NCBI GenBank assembly: GCA_963805975.1
Contig: CAWDVR010000005.1
Coordinates: forward strand, 384,001-448,000
DNA: 64,000 nt
Reading direction: 5' to 3'
Origin: an uncultured Acidobacteriota bacterium
Lineage (GTDB): Bacteria > Acidobacteriota > Thermoanaerobaculia > Multivoradales > SZUA-115
This document shows positions 59,313 through 64,000 of this stretch, one piece after another. The first letter of the stretch is position 1. The number at the start of each line of letters is the position of its first letter. The position numbers and the translations under genes were made by a program. A model generated the notes under the pieces. It had not been told where the DNA came from and ran no database searches. It saw only the letters and a list, made by a program, of their open reading frames with translations.

Positions 59313-60530
59313 CTACTCCCACCTCTCCTTGATCGCCGTCGCCACTCTCTCGGAAAGCGCCGCCGGCGTGTAGACGCGGAACTGGTCGATGCGCTGCAGG
59401 TGGCCGATGAAGTGGCTGGCCTGCTCCATGGGTTCCAGGATGCCGTCGAGGCGGCGTACCAGCACGCGCGACGATCCCAACCGGTGCGGGTCTTTGGAGG
59501 AGTGCGAGACGAGGACGCTGCCCACCGGAAGCTCGGACTCGAGCTCCTCGAGCAGGGCGCGGAAGCGCCGGCTGTCGGCCGCCGGCAGGTGCTCCCGAGT
59601 CTGGTAGGCGAGCGGATAGTGGCGGCGCTCGACGACCGCCGCGGCGTGCACGTCGCCCGAGCGCCGCATGGCGCTGAGCACCGACACGTCGTCCTCGGCC
59701 AGGAAGGCGCGCGGGTCGGCCGGCCAGCGCCGGCCCTCGGCGAGCAGCCACTCGTTGAGGTGCAGCTCGAGCGCCTTGCTGGTGACGTTGAAGTACACCT
59801 GGGTGAACATGTAGTAGCGCGCCATCACCAGGGCCTCGAGCGCGTGCACGCCTCCCTCCTCGACCCCCACCCCCCACAGGCCGCCCTCGGGGTCGGCCAG
59901 GGGGGCGATGGTGTCCAGCAGGCGCTCGAGGTCGTAGTTGCCGTAGCGGACGCCGCAGAACAGGCTGTCGCGCAGCAGGTAGTCCATCTTGTCGACGTCG
60001 AGCTCGCCCGAGATGATCTGGCCCAGGAGCCGGTCGGTATCTCCCTCGCCGCCTTCGAGGAGCGCCAATACCTGCTCTTCCGTGAGCCCGTGGCCATGGC
60101 GGCGGAACGCGTCCCCTACCTCCGGCAGGGCGAGCAGGCGCCGGGTCATCTCCTCGTGGTCGATGCCGTCCTCGAACAGCTCCTCGGCGGAGTGGCTGTA
60201 GGGCGCGTGGCCGATGTCGTGGAGCAGCGCCGCCGCGCGCACCAGCCGCCGCTCGGGCGCCCGGCGATCGCTCGGGAGCAGGCCGTCGCTCTTCGCCGCG
60301 AGCTGGTCGTAGACCCGGCCGGCGAGCGCCATGGCGCCCACGGCGTGGGAGAAGCGGCTGTGCTCGGCGCCGGGGAAGACGAGGTGCGAGAGGCCGAGCT
60401 GGTGGATGAAGCGCAGCCGCTGCACGGGAGCGCTCGCGATGAGCGCCGCCTCCAGCTCGTCGGCGCGGATGAAGCCGTGGACCGGATCGCGCAGGGACAG
60501 TGAAGCGGCCGTGAGCTCGCTAGCCGCCAT
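59313..60530 (-). CDS. HD-domain phosphohydrolase (dNTPase-like)
   Basis: RDPVHG, QRLRFIHQLG, HSRFSHAVG, LLHDIGHAPYSH, DVDKMDYLLRDS. Confidence 0.9.
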   Translation of the reverse strand: MAASELTAASLSLRDPVHGFIRADELEAALIASAPVQRLRFIHQLGLSHLVFPGAEHSRFSHAVGAMALAGRVYDQLAAKSDGLLPSDRRAPERRLVRAAALLHDIGHAPYSHSAEELFEDGIDHEEMTRRLLALPEVGDAFRRHGHGLTEEQVLALLEGGEGDTDRLLGQIISGELDVDKMDYLLRDSLFCGVRYGNYDLERLLDTIAPLADPEGGLWGVGVEEGGVHALEALVMARYYMFTQVYFNVTSKALELHLNEWLLAEGRRWPADPRAFLAEDDVSVLSAMRRSGDVHAAAVVERRHYPLAYQTREHLPAADSRRFRALLEELESELPVGSVLVSHSSKDPHRLGSSRVLVRRLDGILEPMEQASHFIGHLQRIDQFRVYTPAALSERVATAIKERWE

Positions 60531-60542
60531 CCCGCACCGGTC

Positions 60543-61229
60543 TCAGTTGAGCTCGTTGTCGGTGGCGAGATGGCGGAACGGGCGCAGCACCTCGAGCACC
60601 TGATGGCGGTTGCGCAGCAGGTCGAGCAGGCTCACGGCGCGCTCCGGCAGGGCGTCGGCCAGGAGCTGGATCTTGGTCATCACCGGCAGGTCGATCTCCG
60701 CCGCGATGCGGTTGACCAGGAGCTCGAAGGGCAGCGAGTCGGCGGCGTCGCCGAACTGCTCGCCTCGCAACGGGAAGCGGTCGCCGATCTCCCCGGCGAG
60801 CGCGCCGATCAGCTCGACAAGGCCGCGGCGCACGGTCAGGATGCCGGCGTCGTCCTCGGGCAGGCGCGGCTCGGCGAGCTGCCGCACCACGGCGCGGCGG
60901 TAGGGCGCGGCGTCGATCTCGTGGTCGATCTCGAAGCGGAAATCGCCGTGCAGGAGAATGTTCGAGCGGCCGTCGTGGAGCAGCTCGACGTCCACCAGAA
61001 GGCCGGCCGTGCCGCCGGGGAACACCTCCGGCATGCCCCGCCTGCCGGCTCCCGGCTTGATCAGCACCATGCCCACGAAGCGGCTCTCCGGCGGCGCCTC
61101 CAGGAGGTCCCGTACCAGCTTCCGGTAGCGCGGCTCGAAGACGTGGAGCTTCAGATCGGTGCCCGGAAAATGCACCACGTTGGGGAGCGGGAAGAGCGGC
61201 AGGTGGGTGGCGGCGTCGGCCGAGCTCAT
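60543..61229 (-). CDS. LON peptidase N-terminal substrate-binding domain protein
   Basis: LPLFPLPNVVHFPG...LHVFEPRYRKLV...DGRSNILLHG. Confidence 0.88.
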   Translation of the reverse strand: MSSADAATHLPLFPLPNVVHFPGTDLKLHVFEPRYRKLVRDLLEAPPESRFVGMVLIKPGAGRRGMPEVFPGGTAGLLVDVELLHDGRSNILLHGDFRFEIDHEIDAAPYRRAVVRQLAEPRLPEDDAGILTVRRGLVELIGALAGEIGDRFPLRGEQFGDAADSLPFELLVNRIAAEIDLPVMTKIQLLADALPERAVSLLDLLRNRHQVLEVLRPFRHLATDNELN

Positions 61230-61819
61230 GGCGGCGTTTCCAGGCTAGCCGAGGGGATGATAGCCCAGCTCAGGCGCTCCACCTCCCGCTCCTGGCCCAC
61301 CGCGGCCAGGAGGTCCGCCACCCGCGCGCCGTCGGGCGGCACCGCGAGGTCGGGCGCGGCGTCGGCGAGCGGTGCGAGCACGAAGCGCCGCTCCCGCAGC
61401 CGCGGATGCGGCACCGTGAGGTCGGGGCCTGCGAGCACCCGGTCCCCGTAGACCAGGAGATCGACATCCAGCGGGCGCGGCCCGTGCCGTGGCCCGGGCT
61501 TGCGTCCGGCCTCGCGCTCGAGCTCCTGGCCCAGGGCGAGGAGAGCCGCGGGCGCCAGGTGCGTGGCGCCCACCACGGCGGTGTTCAGAAACTTCGGTTG
61601 CCGGATGGGAGAGTGGGGGAGGGTGCGATACAGCCCGCCGACCACGAGCGGGCCGAGCGCCCGCTCGAGGCGCTGGATGGCGTGGCGCAAGGTCTCTTCG
61701 GCCGGGCCGAGGTTGGCTCCCAGGCCCAGCGCGAACGAGATCGCCCGTGGATCAGTCTTCGAGATCGCCGAGAGTGGCCTCTTCCTCGCCGTCGGCGATC
61801 TCCTCGTCCTCGTCGGCAT
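61226..61819 (-). CDS. folK: 2-amino-4-hydroxy-6-hydroxymethyldihydropteridine diphosphokinase (start uncertain)
   Basis: [20 protein letters not shown]...[30 protein letters not shown]. Confidence 0.88.
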   Translation of the reverse strand: MPTRTRRSPTARKRPLSAISKTDPRAISFALGLGANLGPAEETLRHAIQRLERALGPLVVGGLYRTLPHSPIRQPKFLNTAVVGATHLAPAALLALGQELEREAGRKPGPRHGPRPLDVDLLVYGDRVLAGPDLTVPHPRLRERRFVLAPLADAAPDLAVPPDGARVADLLAAVGQEREVERLSWAIIPSASLETPP

Positions 61820-62045
61820 CGAGGATCGGTTCGGCCTCGACGGAGCTCTCCTCGCTGATCTCCTCTTCGTCGGCGATCTCCGCCTTGCGGCGCCGCCGGG
61901 CCGACTGCGAGGCGCTCGCCGGTTCGCTCGGTTTCAGGTGCTTGACGTTGGCGCCGCACTTCGGGCAGATCGGCTCGGGCTTGCCCAAGTCGTAGAACTT
62001 GATCCCGCAGTTCGGGCACTCGTGTTTCGATCCCAGATCAGGCAT
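61752..62045 (-). CDS. FYDLN-acid domain protein (TIGR02300-like)
   Basis: [28 protein letters not shown] zinc ribbon with acidic tail; RBS AGGAG. Confidence 0.88.
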   Translation of the reverse strand: MPDLGSKHECPNCGIKFYDLGKPEPICPKCGANVKHLKPSEPASASQSARRRRKAEIADEEEISEESSVEAEPILDADEDEEIADGEEEATLGDLED

Positions 62046-62127
62046 GTCCAAGCGCTCCTGACGAATCTCGCGGGCCGGGAAGCCCTACGTCTGACGGCCG
62101 GCCGCGCGGCGGCGGCCGAGGGCCGGC

Positions 62128-62156
62128 AAGCTAGCACCCGTCTCCGGGGCTGTCAA
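62128..62156 (-). promoter_or_regulatory. sigma70 promoter for FYDLN-folK-LonN-HD operon
   Basis: Minus strand TTGACA, 17 nt, TAGCTT, with extended -10 TG. Confidence 0.7.
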
Positions 62157-62222
62157 CGCCCGCCCGACCAGTAGCATGGAACGCGGCCTTTGAGGCAAGA
62201 TTCGCTGACCTTGCGAGCTCCT

Positions 62223-62993
62223 ATGCCGCCCGCCACCCGCAATCCCTGGATCGTGCCGCCCCACCGCGGGGCGGAGCGGGAGCGCTCGGTCGAGGCGCGC
62301 TGCCGGCTGTTCTGCTTTCCCTACGCCGGCGGCGCCTCCGCCATCTACCGCGGCTGGGGCGAGCTGCTGCCGGCCACGATCGAGGTCGTGGCGATCGAGC
62401 TTCCGGGCCGGGCGAGCCGCTTCCGCGAGCCTCCCTGCCGCCGGGTCGAGGACGTGGTGGCGGGCGCCGGGCCGGCGATGGCGCCGCTCCTCGACCGGCC
62501 GTTCGTTCTCTTCGGGCATTCGCTGGGAGCGCTCGTCGTCTTCGAGCTCGCGCGCTGGTTGCGCCGCGAAGGGATGCCGGCGCCGCGGCGGCTCATCGCT
62601 TCGGCGCGCGGCGCGCCCCACCTGCTGGACGAGAAGGAGCCGATGACCGGCTTGCCGGACGAGGACTTCGTCTCCCGCCTGCGCGAGCTCAACGGCACGC
62701 CGGAGGAGGCCCTCCAGCACCCGGAGCTGATGCGGATGCTGCTGCCGACCCTGCGCGCCGACTTCGAGATGGTCGAGTCCTACCGCGTCGCGCCCGAGGC
62801 GCCGCTCGCCCTGCCGCTCTCCGCCTGGGGCGGCCTCGCCGATCTCGAGGTGTCGCGCGAGGATCTCGAAGCCTGGCGCTCCTACACCAGCGGCCCGTTC
62901 GGCGTGCGGATGTTCCCCGGCGATCACTTCTACCTCAACCACCAGCGCTCGACGGTGCTCACCGCCATCGCGCAGGATTTGGAGCTGCCGTAG
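62223..62993 (+). CDS. Type II thioesterase (NRPS/PKS editing type)
   Basis: RLFCFPYAGG, IELPGR, FGHSLG (GxSxG), LPTLRADF, FPGDHFYL. Confidence 0.92.
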   Translation: MPPATRNPWIVPPHRGAERERSVEARCRLFCFPYAGGASAIYRGWGELLPATIEVVAIELPGRASRFREPPCRRVEDVVAGAGPAMAPLLDRPFVLFGHSLGALVVFELARWLRREGMPAPRRLIASARGAPHLLDEKEPMTGLPDEDFVSRLRELNGTPEEALQHPELMRMLLPTLRADFEMVESYRVAPEAPLALPLSAWGGLADLEVSREDLEAWRSYTSGPFGVRMFPGDHFYLNHQRSTVLTAIAQDLELP

Positions 62994-63108
62994 GGGAATG
63001 TCGCATGTCCGGCAAGGCGTTCTGATTGCTTGAGGGTTGACGGGGATTGCCTTGGAGGCGTGCTTCCTCTATCCTCGTCCCCAACTTTTTGATGAGGAGA
63101 GGGGTGCC

Positions 63109-63351
63109 ATGAGAGCAAAGAAAGCCGGAGATCTAGGGGTGTCGGCTGATCGATCCGCGACCAAGCAGCACGGTGGAGAGGTCGCCGTTGCTTCGGCTGC
63201 TGCTGTGGCAGACCTTCGACTCGAGCACGAAAGCACGTTTTCCTACCGCACCTTCGGTGAGCAGCGGACGGCAAGTGGAATGTCCAGAAACGGCTTCTCT
63301 CGCGGCTTCGGCAACGTCCGTCAGCTTCTCCTCCCCCCTAGCGATTACTGA
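63109..63351 (+). CDS. Small hypothetical protein (80 aa)
   Basis: TTGCCT, 17 nt, TATCCT (63047-63075) and GAGGAG RBS before the ATG; no recognised family; atypical codon usage. Confidence 0.4.
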   Translation: MRAKKAGDLGVSADRSATKQHGGEVAVASAAAVADLRLEHESTFSYRTFGEQRTASGMSRNGFSRGFGNVRQLLLPPSDY

Positions 63352-64000
63352 TCGAGCAGGAAGCTTGAGTCAGGCCGGTGAAGTCCGCCCGGCCCAGTGT
63401 AGGATCCCATTGCTGGCTTAAGTCTTGTCTTGATATCTCATAATCGAAGAGCCATATCTGTAGGCTTGCTTGGTTCCGGCGGAGTCCTGGTTCGGCTCAA
63501 GCTCAACCCTTCCCTCCTGTGGCCCAAGAAGTACAAAGATGTGGCAGCAGAAATCCGGAACCATCACTTCCTGCTGTGTGAAACCGCGACGGCAGTCGAC
63601 CGCTGGCGCAAAGAGACGCCCATAGGAGCTGAGCACGGCCAGCCGCTCGTGGCCCTCGGCCTCGGCTTCGGGTGGAGCGAGCTGCTGCTGGTCGCCGCCG
63701 CCGACTCGCCGGCCAAGCTGCTCGACTTGTCGGGTCGTCTTCGAAGTCTGAGTGGCACCTGCCGGGATAGTGCCGCGAAGGCTCATTTCTTCGTCACTAC
63801 AATCACCACCGTGGGGTTCGATTTTCACTGGCGAGAGAAGGGTGAGGAGATTTGGGAGCAGCTTTCCAGTCAAGGCAAGCGCCGGCCCATAACCGCCGCA
63901 AGCCTGCTCGACGCTACCGTGAACTACTCAACGCCAGTAGCCCCAGTGCCTCCCAAGGGTGCTATTCCGGTCTTTTTTCAGATCGGTTGCCACAGCTATC

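Noticed and set aside
63418-63873. 151-aa minus-strand ORF
   Set aside because: TTG start without a clear RBS, atypical codon usage and no motif; probably non-coding.

Overview
GC-rich bacterial chromosome segment; the 16S sequence and gene content suggest Acidobacteriota (Thermoanaerobaculia-like), which is an inference. It begins with a purQ-purL-purF-purM-purN operon, interrupted by a small secreted six-cysteine peptide gene, running into a complete rrn operon (16S, tRNA-Ile, tRNA-Ala, 23S, 5S). topA, a PhyH-like dioxygenase, mscL and a DUF937 gene follow. The most notable region is ~17.8-38.2 kb. There alpha-glucan genes (malQ, glgC, glgA, a GH57/DUF3536 hydrolase) are interleaved with four ATP-grasp ligases, a cyanophycinase/peptidase-S51-like protein and an esterase with a CBM48-like N-terminus. 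This is a candidate uncharacterised system for a peptide- or amino-acid-modified glucan, or a coupled C/N storage polymer. A DUF4157 nuclease toxin, an ECF sigma operon, a sigma-region-2-only mini-protein, an M1 aminopeptidase and REP-like repeats are embedded in it. The remainder holds secreted peptidases and surface proteins, yhbY, yebC, a fused selD, an ABC exporter, a hybrid kinase, an FGE-sulfatase pair, HD/LonN/folK/FYDLN genes and a type II thioesterase before a lower-GC edge. Three genes have single-base indels that look like long-read assembly errors. All family assignments come from motif recognition by eye, not from database searches.
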